Positions 1 to 9,310 of a stretch of DNA of 39,734 nt are shown one piece after another. The stretch covers positions 1 through 39,734 of the IMG/VR virus record IMGVR_UViG_3300050162_000101; one strand, written 5' to 3'. The notes under the pieces are model-generated. The model was not told the DNA's origin. It worked only from the letters and a program-made list of their open reading frames with translations, and did not search any database. The position numbers and the translations under genes are program-made. The stretch's first letter is position 1, and each line of letters opens with the position of its first letter. The DNA comes from a virus. Lineage: Duplodnaviria; Caudoviricetes.

Positions 1-183
1 GACTCCGCGAGCAAGGAGAAAGCATTGGCCGAGCTTCAGACGCAGTTGACGACGGTCTCGGCATCCTTTCAGAAATCGCAAAACGAGGCCCTGACAAACA
101 GCCTTGAGGCGGCCGGTGGCGGCATCCTGGTCGGGTTCATCCTGACCGAATGCCTCCACTTGGCTCATTGGATACCGTGATAC
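1..183. repeat. Terminal direct repeat, left copy (circularity overlap)
   Basis: 1-183 matches 39552-39734 except T56 vs C39607; contains the 3' end of ORF 39363..39731. Confidence 0.97.
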
Positions 184-196
184 AACGTATACAGTT
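176..196 (+). promoter_or_regulatory. Operator-like motif copy 1 (CGTGATACAACGTATACAGTT)
   Basis: One of six intergenic copies of CGTRWTACAGCGTATACGMTA; begins 40 bp upstream of the -35 at 216. Confidence 0.75.
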
Positions 197-215
197 TAGA
201 TAACCAGTGATAGAC

Positions 216-244
216 TTGACGAATTATTGGTCAGGCCGTAGACT
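216..244 (+). promoter_or_regulatory. sigma70-type promoter for head/tail operon
   Basis: TTGACG-17 bp-TAGACT, followed by SD GGAGG and ATG 267. Confidence 0.7.
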
Positions 245-266
245 GATCTTGACCCTGGGAGGGGAA

Positions 267-1586
267 ATGAACTACTTGCTAGCCGAAGCCCAGTTTGTCC
301 ACCAACTCCGAGCCGACCGCAAGGAACTCCTGGAACTTTCCAAGGAACTCGGCGGCCTAGCCGAACGGCGCAAAGCCCGTGCCGAGTTTTTCGCCGAACT
401 CGCCGCCTCCGGTTCGATCTTCCTTGCTCCGACCACAGGCCAAGATCCGAAGACGCTCTACACCGTGGACGCCTCGGGTGTGGCCCATATCCAGATCAAG
501 GGCGAGCTTACCCCCGTGGCCCAGCAGGACGTCTGCGGGGGCTACACCGCGCAAGCCCTGACCGAGTATGGCTACATCATGGCCGCGACGATGGCCGCGC
601 AGGATGACCCTACCGTGTCGAGCATCGACTACCACGTCGATTCACCCGGTGGCTATGTCTCCGGCGTTGACGAATGCGCCCAATGCATGGCCGCGTGTAC
701 CGTCCCGACCCGCGCAGTAGTCGGTGGCATGGCCGCCAGCGCCGCCTATTGGCTGGCCAGCCAATGCGACACCATCGTCGCGTCCTCCCCCGCCTCCCGT
801 GTTGGGTCCATTGGTGTCCTCGCTGAGGAGTACAACCAGGACCGCGCCCTCGCTGACATGGGCATTGACCACAATGTCTACACCTCGACCGACGCGCCCT
901 TGAAGCATGCCGATACGTCCACCCCCGAGGGTAAGGCCCAGATCGTTGCCGAGCTTGACCAGCTCCATACCGTATTTGTCTCCCGCGTGGCTGATGGCCG
1001 TGGCGTCCCGATTGGCAAGGTGTCCGCCGACTTCGGCCAAGGTGCTCTTGTCATCGCCGCCGACGCTCTCAAGGCCGGGATGATTGACCAGATCCAAGGA
1101 ATGAACATCGGGCGCAAGCCCATGAACATGGAAAAAAAGGGCGGCGTTGCCGCTTTGGCCGAGAGGCCCATCAAAACGAAGGGAAGTGTCAAAATGACCC
1201 TTGAACAATTGAAGGCCGATCACCCCGAAGCCTATCAGTCGGCCATGGCCGTCGGGATGGAACTCGGCGTGAAGGCCGAACGCACCCGCGTCGAAGAATT
1301 GGCCGCATGGGAGGACGTGAGCCCCGCTTGCGCCGCCATTGTTGCCGATGCCAAGGCCACCGGGAAGAGCTATTCCCAGGTCGCCAGCCAGTTGAGCGCC
1401 GCCGCCGCGAAGGGCCCCAAGGCCGCCGCGAACGATAACCCGCCCAAGGTGAGCGCCTTCGAGGCCCCCAAAGCCTCGACCGAAGATGCGGGCGACCCTG
1501 CTTCCGAAGCCGCCTTCCTGGCCATGGCCGCGAAGAACGGCTACACCCCTGAACAGGCCAAGAAGTATCTTGGCAAAGGAGCCTGA
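267..1586 (+). CDS. Prohead protease (S49/SppA-like) with C-terminal scaffold region
   Basis: VDSPGG, MAASAAYWLAS and VGSIGV motifs; Ala/Lys-rich tail after MTLEQLKADHPEAY; start moved to ATG 267 (SD GGAGG). Confidence 0.9.
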   Translation: MNYLLAEAQFVHQLRADRKELLELSKELGGLAERRKARAEFFAELAASGSIFLAPTTGQDPKTLYTVDASGVAHIQIKGELTPVAQQDVCGGYTAQALTEYGYIMAATMAAQDDPTVSSIDYHVDSPGGYVSGVDECAQCMAACTVPTRAVVGGMAASAAYWLASQCDTIVASSPASRVGSIGVLAEEYNQDRALADMGIDHNVYTSTDAPLKHADTSTPEGKAQIVAELDQLHTVFVSRVADGRGVPIGKVSADFGQGALVIAADALKAGMIDQIQGMNIGRKPMNMEKKGGVAALAERPIKTKGSVKMTLEQLKADHPEAYQSAMAVGMELGVKAERTRVEELAAWEDVSPACAAIVADAKATGKSYSQVASQLSAAAAKGPKAAANDNPPKVSAFEAPKASTEDAGDPASEAAFLAMAAKNGYTPEQAKKYLGKGA

Positions 1587-1588
1587 CC

Positions 1589-2008
1589 ATGGCACTTTCT
1601 GCCTCGCGCTTCTATGACACCGTCGGACGGACCACCGTCCTGCGCGGCGTCCTCCCGACCGGCGTCGCGTTCTTCAAAGGCGGCATGGTTCAGTGGGACG
1701 CCGCCACCGGTCTGATCAAGAAACCCGCCGACGTGGCCGGTGAATACGGCATCGGAGTCCTGGTGAAGGACTACCCCTCCACCACCGTGGCCGGTACGTT
1801 CGCCGAAATCGAACAGGGCAAAATCTGGATTCCCTTCGCCTCGGCGGCTCAGGCCGACGTTGGGGACTGGGTCTACCTGACCGACGACGCCGTCATCACC
1901 AAGACCGCGTTGACCAACGGTGGCCCCGCCGGTATCGCCGTCGACTTCAAGACCGGATTCCTCCTGGTTGACTTCAGCCGTGGCGGACCCAAGACCCTGA
2001 GCGCCTAA
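1589..2008 (+). CDS. Head decoration/cement protein (putative)
   Basis: 139 aa beta-rich protein between protease and capsid; AQADVGDWVYLTDD resembles DUF2190-like cement proteins; SD AAGGAG. Confidence 0.65.
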   Translation: MALSASRFYDTVGRTTVLRGVLPTGVAFFKGGMVQWDAATGLIKKPADVAGEYGIGVLVKDYPSTTVAGTFAEIEQGKIWIPFASAAQADVGDWVYLTDDAVITKTALTNGGPAGIAVDFKTGFLLVDFSRGGPKTLSA

Positions 2009-2027
2009 CGGCAAGGAGTAAAACGAA

Positions 2028-2954
2028 ATGGCACTGAACAACAGCGCGTACATCACCGCCGAAAAAGTGATGAAGGTCTTTTTCAACGAGGCCGTTGCGA
2101 ACTACAGCAATGCGAACGCATGGGATTCCCTGAACTCCCTCGCCTTCGAGGCCCCGTCGAACGGAGCGGAGGAAGATTACCGTTGGCTTCAGGAACTCCC
2201 CGAGTTCCAGGAATGGCTGGGCGACTTGACCTCGTCCGACCTCGCCGACTACGTGTTCACCATCCGCAACAAAGAGTTCGCCGCGTCGGTCCCGATCCGC
2301 AAGACCGACCTGGACGACGACAAGATGGATTCGGTCAAGCCCCGAATCCAGGCCATGGCCGGTGGTGAGTCCCGCAAGTGGGGCAAGCTCATCGACGCCC
2401 TGCTCCAGCTCGGCACCACGGCGCTGGCCTTTGACGGCATCGCGTTCTTCTCGGCGGCTACCGGCGTCCGGCTGAACAACAACCTTTTGACCGGCACCAT
2501 TTCGGCGGGTACTCCTACCCTCGCCCAGGTGGCCGCCGACATCAGGGCCGTCCGGGCCTCGATGCTCAAGTTCGTTGACTCCCGTGGCGAAATCGTGGGT
2601 ATCGTTCCCGACACCTTCGTGGTTCCCCCGAACTTGGAGTTTCTTTTCCTCCAGTTCCAGAACAGCATGACCGACCCGACCGGCGCGAACCCGAACACGA
2701 TCAACCCCTACCGGGGATTCATTAAGAATCTGATTGTGGATCCGGGCCTCACCGACTTGAACGACTTCTACGCCTTCGCGACCACCTACGGCGCGGGCGC
2801 GGTCATCAAGCAACGCCGGAGCCCGTTGGAAATGTTCCTCGACGACACCCAGGTTTTGGTCAACCGGAAGCTGATTTTCGGCGGCTCGTTCCGTGGAAAC
2901 GTCGGCTTCGGCCTCCCCATCCTGGCCTGCAAGGTCGTGAGCGCAGTCGCCTGA
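2028..2954 (+). CDS. Major capsid protein, Mu gpT-like
   Basis: EDYRWL..P.FQEWLGD, IRNKEFAASVPI..DLDDD, FDGIAFFS and LVVPP-like motifs typical of Mu-like gpT; SD AAGGAG. Confidence 0.88.
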   Translation: MALNNSAYITAEKVMKVFFNEAVANYSNANAWDSLNSLAFEAPSNGAEEDYRWLQELPEFQEWLGDLTSSDLADYVFTIRNKEFAASVPIRKTDLDDDKMDSVKPRIQAMAGGESRKWGKLIDALLQLGTTALAFDGIAFFSAATGVRLNNNLLTGTISAGTPTLAQVAADIRAVRASMLKFVDSRGEIVGIVPDTFVVPPNLEFLFLQFQNSMTDPTGANPNTINPYRGFIKNLIVDPGLTDLNDFYAFATTYGAGAVIKQRRSPLEMFLDDTQVLVNRKLIFGGSFRGNVGFGLPILACKVVSAVA

Positions 2955-2960
2955 TTCGTT

Positions 2961-2988
2961 GCCCGGGGACTGACACCCGGGCTTATTT
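2961..2988 (+). terminator. Weak intrinsic terminator or stabilising hairpin after capsid gene
   Basis: GCCCGGG-8 nt-CCCGGGC followed by TTATTT. Confidence 0.55.
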
Positions 2989-3012
2989 CCCCGCGTGGGA
3001 GAGGAGCAAGAA

Positions 3013-3195
3013 ATGTCTGACCTGAACTACGGAAACAACGGCGAACAGACCGTTAACTTTGAGTACAACAACGGCTTCAAGGGAGTCGTCACCAAGAGCG
3101 TCGGCGAGATCCTTGAAGCCAAGAAGCAAGGCACCATCATCAAGGGCACTCCCAAGCCCGTCAATGACGTGACCTCCAAGGACACCGATAAGTGA
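3013..3195 (+). CDS. Small hypothetical protein
   Basis: SD GAGGAG, ATG 3013, GTGA overlap with next gene. Confidence 0.7.
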   Translation: MSDLNYGNNGEQTVNFEYNNGFKGVVTKSVGEILEAKKQGTIIKGTPKPVNDVTSKDTDK

Positions 3196-3563
3196 ACCTC
3201 CTGGCCCTCGCCGAAGCAGACCTAGCCTTCACTCTCGAGGACGACGTCAACGGCTTCGGCAGGTCCATGACCTACACCACGGCGGACGGCTTGTCATCGG
3301 TCACCATGGCCGGTCAAGTTATCCGCCGGGGGGTGAAGATCGACCCCGGCACCGGGATGCAAATCGCCGGAGACGAGGCTTTTGTCACGTTCCGACTTTC
3401 GACGTTCCAAGCTACCCTATCTGGTAGGTTTCCCGAGAAGGGCGCGAAGATCGTCACGACCGACACGACCGGGGCAACCGTAACCTACGGGGTGCCCGCT
3501 GACCAGATCATGATCGACCGGACCCTGGGCGTTTGTACCCTGGGCCTCAAAAGGATTTCCTAA
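3192..3563 (+). CDS. Head-tail joining/closure protein (lambda gpFII-like position)
   Basis: 123 aa beta-rich protein in neck position; translationally coupled on both sides. Confidence 0.65.
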   Translation: MNLLALAEADLAFTLEDDVNGFGRSMTYTTADGLSSVTMAGQVIRRGVKIDPGTGMQIAGDEAFVTFRLSTFQATLSGRFPEKGAKIVTTDTTGATVTYGVPADQIMIDRTLGVCTLGLKRIS

Positions 3564-4186
3564 TGCCGTTGCTTGCCCGTGGATTTGACGACCTACTTCT
3601 CGACAACCTCGTCACCATCCTGGGCGCGTACTCGACGGCGCAACTGGTCTTTGACAGCACCGTCGGATTCAAAACCGAACGCGACCGCATGACCGCCCCG
3701 AACGACGATGAACTTGCTATCGGACCCGTGGTCAACATCTACGTGAGCGCCCTGAACCCGTCGAACCGAACCGCCAGCCGTGACCAAGAATCGGCGACCG
3801 TCGCCGTGAACTTCGACCTGTACGCCGCCCGGCTTGAAGACCCTTCGGCCCAGGGGGGCGACAAGAAAGCCATGGCCCGACTCTACTACCTCAAGGAACA
3901 GATCAAAAGCGCCGTCTTTGCGAAGACCGCTTTTGACCTTGGCTTTGCCCCTGGTATCGTGGCCGCCAAGCGCTGGGGCCGGTTCTCGCTTTCCCCCCAA
4001 CCTGAAGGGGCCGAACTATGGGAATGCTCCGGCTCGTGGTCGTTCGAGGTGGACTACAGTTTCACCCCCGACGACATCCCGCTGAATCAGTTGACGACTG
4101 TATCCGTCACCGCCGACAAATCCAACGGCGGACCAACCGCACCTTACAAGACGGCCTGGGCCGGCCTGTACACCGTCCACGCATAA
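3563..4186 (+). CDS. Tail terminator/neck protein (putative)
   Basis: TAATG overlap gives ATG 3563; lies immediately before the sheath gene. Confidence 0.6.
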   Translation: MPLLARGFDDLLLDNLVTILGAYSTAQLVFDSTVGFKTERDRMTAPNDDELAIGPVVNIYVSALNPSNRTASRDQESATVAVNFDLYAARLEDPSAQGGDKKAMARLYYLKEQIKSAVFAKTAFDLGFAPGIVAAKRWGRFSLSPQPEGAELWECSGSWSFEVDYSFTPDDIPLNQLTTVSVTADKSNGGPTAPYKTAWAGLYTVHA

Positions 4187-4198
4187 AAGGAGAAGACC

Positions 4199-5668
4199 AT
4201 GCCCATTACCTTCGGATCGGTTCCGTCGAACCTCATAGCCTCTTCGGTAGCCATCGAAAACGTCTACCGCCGCAACGGGAGGGTGCCCGCTGGCCAGAGG
4301 GTCGCCCTCCTCGGTCAGTACAACACCGGAAAAACCCCGGTCAACAACATCGCCGTGACCGGCATCACGACCGCCGACGAAATGGCCTCGCTGGCTGGCT
4401 ACGGCTCGCAGGCCCACATGATGGCCGGCAACCTCTTCGCCGAGATGGGATCGACCCCCATCCCCGTGGACTGGTTCCCCATTGCGGACGGTACCACCGC
4501 CAAAGCCTACACCATCACCTTCGTCGGTGTGGCGTCCTCGGCTGGCGTCTGGCGCGTCTACATACTGGGCAAAAAGTACGAAATCAGCGTGGCCTCTGGC
4601 GACGCCATCGCCACCATGGCCACCGCCCTTGCCGCCGTCATCAACGCCGACGTGTCCTGCGTCTTCACTGCCTCGCCCACCGCTGGTGTGGTGACGATCA
4701 CTGCCAAGTGGAAGGGCCTTTCCTCCGACCTCTTGGACGTGAGAAAAAACTACGTCGCCTCCGACATCAACCTCGTCCCCGGAACGACCACGATGACCAT
4801 CGCCTCGAGCGTGTCCGGTGCTACCGACCCGTCCATCGCCACCGCTCTGGCGAACTTCGGATCGACGTTCTACACCTTCGTCATCACCGCCCTCAACGAC
4901 GCGACCGCCGCCGGGGCACTGGAAACCGCCGGGGCCGCCCGCATCGACCCACTGGTCAAAATGCCCTTCGTCGGCGTCATGGGTTACGTCGACACCCGCG
5001 CCAACTTCATCACCGCGCTCGGCTCCCGGAACTCCCCCTGGTCGGTGTACTTCCCCGTCGAGGGATCGCCTTCGCACCCCGGGCAGATTGCCGCCGCCCT
5101 GGTCGGTGACGCCGCCGTTTCGGCTTCCGCCGACGTGGCGCGCCCGTGGAAAAACCTCCAGCTTCAGTCGCTGTACCCCGGAACCGGCGCCACCTGGACC
5201 GTCTCCCAGGCCCAGGCCGTCGAGGTCGCCGGTGGTTCCGCCTTCGACGTTCGCTCCGGCATCGTGACCGTGTGGGACGTGCTGACCACCTACAAGACCA
5301 ACGCTGGCGGGGCGGTGGATGATTCCTACCGATACCCCGAGACGATCACGAACACCCAGCGGAAATTGTTCGACCTCGACACCATGCTCAAGTCGAGCCC
5401 CTTCGACCGGGCCAAGCTCATCAGCGACAACGATGTGTCGAACGCGGAATACGCTCTGAGCCCGTCGAAAATCGCGGGCTACTTCGTGAGCTTGTACGAG
5501 TCGTGGGTCCGGGACAACATTTCGAAAGAGCGTGACGCCATGGTCGCATCGCTGACCGTCGAAATCGACGGATCGAACCCTAGCCGGGTCAACGTCGAGT
5601 TCACCGACTACATGGTAGTCGGTGCCCGAGTGTTTGCCGTCAAGAGAAACTGGGCCTTCGGGCTCTGA
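4199..5668 (+). CDS. Tail sheath protein, Mu gpL-like
   Basis: 489 aa; AGYGSQAHMM, VTITAKWKG, GATDP, DVARP, LTTYKTN and NPSRVNV motifs; SD AAGGAG. Confidence 0.9.
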   Translation: MPITFGSVPSNLIASSVAIENVYRRNGRVPAGQRVALLGQYNTGKTPVNNIAVTGITTADEMASLAGYGSQAHMMAGNLFAEMGSTPIPVDWFPIADGTTAKAYTITFVGVASSAGVWRVYILGKKYEISVASGDAIATMATALAAVINADVSCVFTASPTAGVVTITAKWKGLSSDLLDVRKNYVASDINLVPGTTTMTIASSVSGATDPSIATALANFGSTFYTFVITALNDATAAGALETAGAARIDPLVKMPFVGVMGYVDTRANFITALGSRNSPWSVYFPVEGSPSHPGQIAAALVGDAAVSASADVARPWKNLQLQSLYPGTGATWTVSQAQAVEVAGGSAFDVRSGIVTVWDVLTTYKTNAGGAVDDSYRYPETITNTQRKLFDLDTMLKSSPFDRAKLISDNDVSNAEYALSPSKIAGYFVSLYESWVRDNISKERDAMVASLTVEIDGSNPSRVNVEFTDYMVVGARVFAVKRNWAFGL

Positions 5669-5694
5669 CCCATGGCCAATAAAGGAGCATCAAA

Positions 5695-6084
5695 ATGATT
5701 CGAGCCGGTGACATTCGACAGGCGACTTGGTACGGGAAAGAACTCGACCCGACCGCCGACCTTGACTTGACCCTCTTCATTTCCAAGGGTGGCATGATCA
5801 TCCAAGTGGAAACCACCGCTAACGGGAACGGCGTTCCCCACTCGACCGGCAAGCGCATGATGGCCGGTTTCGACGGGGGTAAGTTCTCTTGCGGATGGGA
5901 CCGCAAAGACGTCGAGTTCTTCCAGGACAAGCAGAACCTTGGGGTCCCCGGCCCGTTCATCCTCCGCCTCATCAACGGCTACACCTACCGGGGCGACTTG
6001 CTCCCCGAGGGTCAGATCCAAGTGAGTACCGGGGGTGGCGCGTTCGACATCGCGGGCCGTGGCCAGAGGTTTGAACAGGTATGA
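5695..6084 (+). CDS. Tail tube protein
   Basis: 129 aa directly after sheath; SD AAGGAG. Confidence 0.75.
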   Translation: MIRAGDIRQATWYGKELDPTADLDLTLFISKGGMIIQVETTANGNGVPHSTGKRMMAGFDGGKFSCGWDRKDVEFFQDKQNLGVPGPFILRLINGYTYRGDLLPEGQIQVSTGGGAFDIAGRGQRFEQV

Positions 6085-6569
6085 GCGGATTCGCTAAAAC
6101 CCCTGAGGGAAGAGAAGCCGCAAAGCTGGCCCTTCTGGAATTGGCCGACGCCTTCGGTGCGGAAACTTCGTATCCGGCGCAAGTCCCCAACCCGTGGGAC
6201 AATTGGTCACAAATTGAGAACGGGGCCATGGTTGTCAAAGATCCTGAGCTTATGCCCATCGCCATGGAAGGACGCCTTTTCCTCCGTGGCGACAAGGTAG
6301 TCTATACCCTATCGAAGCCGGTAAAACTCATGAACGATACGACCCTCACCACGGTAGAACTTCCCGATCCGACGGCCCAGGACTTTCTTGACTACGGCAA
6401 GGGGCTCAAGGCGAACTCCGAAATGGACGCCGCCGCCGCCATCCGGGCCGTGACCAAAATCGTGGACCGCATGGGTGGTGATGGGTGGAAGGGAGTTTCC
6501 GAACGGATCGCCGTCCGGGACGTTCAGGCCATCGCCCAAATCTGCGGGGCTCTCGGTTTTTTCGGGTAA
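6081..6569 (+). CDS. Tail assembly chaperone (G-like)
   Basis: Between tube and tape measure; ends LGFFG at a slippery T-run. Confidence 0.8.
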   Translation: MSGFAKTPEGREAAKLALLELADAFGAETSYPAQVPNPWDNWSQIENGAMVVKDPELMPIAMEGRLFLRGDKVVYTLSKPVKLMNDTTLTTVELPDPTAQDFLDYGKGLKANSEMDAAAAIRAVTKIVDRMGGDGWKGVSERIAVRDVQAIAQICGALGFFG

Positions 6570-6745
6570 CCCCTGACGACGTGGAACGGATGGTAACCTC
6601 GGTCGCCGCCCGGTTCCACTTCGACGGGGAAGCGTGGCCGTTGACCCGGCTGGAAAGATGGTATCGCCGTCACGTCGCCCTCTACCATGAGGAGCAGGAA
6701 GAAATAGCCAAGGCAAGGGAGGCGGCGAAGAATGGCAAGCGCTAA
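6557..6745 (+). CDS. -1 frameshift extension of tail chaperone (GT-like, about 221 aa in total)
   Basis: T TTT TTC at 6557-6563; -1 frame is open to 6745 (VAARFHF..EAWPLTRLERWY). Confidence 0.75.
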   Translation, partial: FFRVTPDDVERMVTSVAARFHFDGEAWPLTRLERWYRRHVALYHEEQEEIAKAREAAKNGKR

Positions 6746-8075
6746 GACGTTCACGATTTATACCAAGTTCGCCGTCAAAAATGGGTTCACCGGGCCGGTC
6801 CTTCAGATGGCCAAGGGTGCCGACAAAATGGCCGCTCGGGTGGACGCTGCGAAGAAGACCCTAGGCCACGTCGGAAAGGGCCTCGCCACGGTCGGCAAGT
6901 TCGCCGCCGTGGGAGCCGGGGCCGCTGTCGCCGCCGGGGCCGCTGTCTGGTCCTTGGCCAACGCCAGCCAGCAAGCCGCCGACGATATCCAAAACACCGC
7001 CGGGGCGCTGGGCATGAGTACCGACCAGCTCCAGCGTTACCGCTACGTCGCCATTCAAGCCGGTATGTCCACCGAGGACATGGATGGGGCTCTGGCCAAG
7101 CTGTCCAAGGGCCTTGGCGAAGAGTCTGGGGCCATGGACGAGGCCCTCTACCAGATCGGCCTTTCGGCGCAAGACCTCCGCGACGCCGGGCCAGACAAGA
7201 CACTTGAGCTAATCGCCGGGGGCTTCCAGAACCTTCAAGACCCGACGCAAAAAGCCGCCGTTGCAACCGCGCTTTTCGGGAAGTCGTCCATCCGCATGGT
7301 CAATGCCCTGTCCGGTGGACCCGAGGCGATCAAGGCCCTGGGCAGGGAGGCCGATAAAGTCGGATACGTCATGGGCGGCGATATGCTGGAAAACGCCGGG
7401 GCTGTCAACCAGGAGATGGACAAGCTCGGGGCAACCGCCGTCGGCCTACGCAACCGTCTGGCCGCAAAGGCCATGCCGGGACTCAAATCCTTCGTCCAGA
7501 CCCTTCAATCCGGCATTGCCCCCGGTGGCAAGCTATCGGGCATCATCGACGGCGTGACGGGGCTACTGGGCAAGGTGGGGGACTTCTCTGGCGGTGGACT
7601 CTCGGCCATCTTCGACTTTATCCCGAAGCTGACGGCATTCGCTGGGGATCTTCTGACGGCGCTTAAGCCGGTACTTGACCCGATCATGGCCATGGTCTCG
7701 CCGTTACTCAAGATTTTTGAGAACCTGATGCCTACGATAATCGGCGGGATAAAGCTCATTTCAGCCCTTCTCGCCCCCATCATGGAGACGATCAAGTTTA
7801 TCCTAGACGGACTGGCCCTAATCACAACCCAAAACGCGCCAGCCGTAGCGGTAGCCGGGTCTACCGGCAAGTACGGAAACACACCGCTAAATGCTGTCCC
7901 CATGAGCCCGGCGACTAGCACGATCAGTAACACGTCGACCTCGACCTCGACCGTAGGAATCAACGTCAACGCCCCGCCCGGCACAACGGTAAACCCTGGG
8001 AAGGGCGCCCCTCCCGTCACCCTTAACACCGGAACCAACACCTCCCACGGGAAAGCATCAAAGGGTAAATACTGA
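6732..8075 (+). CDS. Tape measure protein (short, 447 aa)
   Basis: Ala/Gly-rich helical protein with GMSTDQLQRYRY and ATALFGKS motifs; position after chaperone. Confidence 0.85.
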   Translation: MASAKTFTIYTKFAVKNGFTGPVLQMAKGADKMAARVDAAKKTLGHVGKGLATVGKFAAVGAGAAVAAGAAVWSLANASQQAADDIQNTAGALGMSTDQLQRYRYVAIQAGMSTEDMDGALAKLSKGLGEESGAMDEALYQIGLSAQDLRDAGPDKTLELIAGGFQNLQDPTQKAAVATALFGKSSIRMVNALSGGPEAIKALGREADKVGYVMGGDMLENAGAVNQEMDKLGATAVGLRNRLAAKAMPGLKSFVQTLQSGIAPGGKLSGIIDGVTGLLGKVGDFSGGGLSAIFDFIPKLTAFAGDLLTALKPVLDPIMAMVSPLLKIFENLMPTIIGGIKLISALLAPIMETIKFILDGLALITTQNAPAVAVAGSTGKYGNTPLNAVPMSPATSTISNTSTSTSTVGINVNAPPGTTVNPGKGAPPVTLNTGTNTSHGKASKGKY

Positions 8076-9310
8076 TGAGCTACTTAGACGACCTCCGAGA
8101 ATGCACCTACACCAGCCCATCGGGCAAAGCCTTCACCCTCCAGTTCGACGAGGTGAGTCGAACCGGGGGCAAGAAACTAGCCGTCCACGACCTGCCACAG
8201 CAGGACCGGGCCGAAGCTCAGGACCTGGGAAACCAAGCAAAGCGTTTCCCCATGACTCTGTACATCTCAGGCATGGACTACCACAAAACCGCCGACGACT
8301 TCGACCTTGCCCTGGGTGAGCACTACGACGGAGACACGCCGGGCGTCCTGGGCCACCCCCGGTGGGGCGATATTCTCGTCGTCCCATCGGACCAGTGGAC
8401 TCAGACCGAGAACTTCGTTGATGGCATGGGGCAAGCGGTTTTCTCGGTCGAGTTCCTGACCGTGACCCGTGACAAAAAGTTCCCAACCAGCAGCACCGAC
8501 GCCGCCGGGGCGCTTCGATCCGCTTCGTCCGCCGCCGCCGCGTCATCGGCCAGCGCCTACACCGACAACGGCGCACCGGCTACCATCGGCGAAGTAACCG
8601 CCGTGACCGCCACCTTGGGGAACCTCTTCACCGCCATCGGCGACAGCCTTCGGGGCATCGCGTCGAGCGCCGAAGACATCGGGGCGCAATTCGACGCCGA
8701 CCTTGCAACGGCCATTGGGTCGGTTGACGCCCTCGTATCCGCCCCCGCTGATTTGGCCGACGCGCTTCTGACCCTGGCCCGCAAGCCCGCCGAGGCCGTC
8801 GTCGCCATCGCCGACAAGGTGAGTCAGTACCGGACGATGATCGACAGCATGGCCGGGAACTTAGCTGGGAGCTACGCCGAGGCTGAGATCGTCCTCATGG
8901 GCGTCACAGCCGGGTGTATCGGGGCCACCGACGCCACGCTATCGGGCGACCTATCGACCCGCGCCGACGCCGTTGACGCCTCCGAGGACATCGACGCCAT
9001 CATGGCCGCGTTCAACGCTTTGCTCGAGGCACAAAACACCGCCCTCGGTTGGCTCCCTGACCCTCAGACCGTGGCCGACATGATGGAGATTCTTTCCACG
9101 TGCCGGGCGCGATTGCTTGAGGCTAGCTTTAGCCTGAAGGTGGAGCGTCACTACACGGTGCCCGGACCTGTGGACCCGATCAGTCTGATCAAGATGCTCA
9201 CCGGCACGTTCTCGGACGACGCGCTTGACCAAGCGGTGAAGGACAACGACTTGAGCGACGAGGAGTTTTTCCAGGTTCCTGCGGGGTTTGATTGGGTGTG
9301 GTATGCGTAG
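8075..9310 (+). CDS. Mu gpN-like (DNA circularisation family) tail/baseplate protein
   Basis: VHDLP...QDLG, PGVLGHPRWG and FSVEF motifs; C-terminal LysM-like segment (N.L....VPAG). Confidence 0.8.
   Translation: MSYLDDLRECTYTSPSGKAFTLQFDEVSRTGGKKLAVHDLPQQDRAEAQDLGNQAKRFPMTLYISGMDYHKTADDFDLALGEHYDGDTPGVLGHPRWGDILVVPSDQWTQTENFVDGMGQAVFSVEFLTVTRDKKFPTSSTDAAGALRSASSAAAASSASAYTDNGAPATIGEVTAVTATLGNLFTAIGDSLRGIASSAEDIGAQFDADLATAIGSVDALVSAPADLADALLTLARKPAEAVVAIADKVSQYRTMIDSMAGNLAGSYAEAEIVLMGVTAGCIGATDATLSGDLSTRADAVDASEDIDAIMAAFNALLEAQNTALGWLPDPQTVADMMEILSTCRARLLEASFSLKVERHYTVPGPVDPISLIKMLTGTFSDDALDQAVKDNDLSDEEFFQVPAGFDWVWYA

Noticed and set aside
642-1595. Long minus-strand ORFs (also 1974-2813, 4016-5077, 14810-15457, 29009-30244)
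   Set aside because: Antisense shadows of GC-rich + strand genes; no motifs or SD.
4018-5109. 363-aa alternative-frame ORF over the sheath gene
   Set aside because: Arg/His/Pro-rich off-frame product of high GC3 codon bias; no independent evidence.
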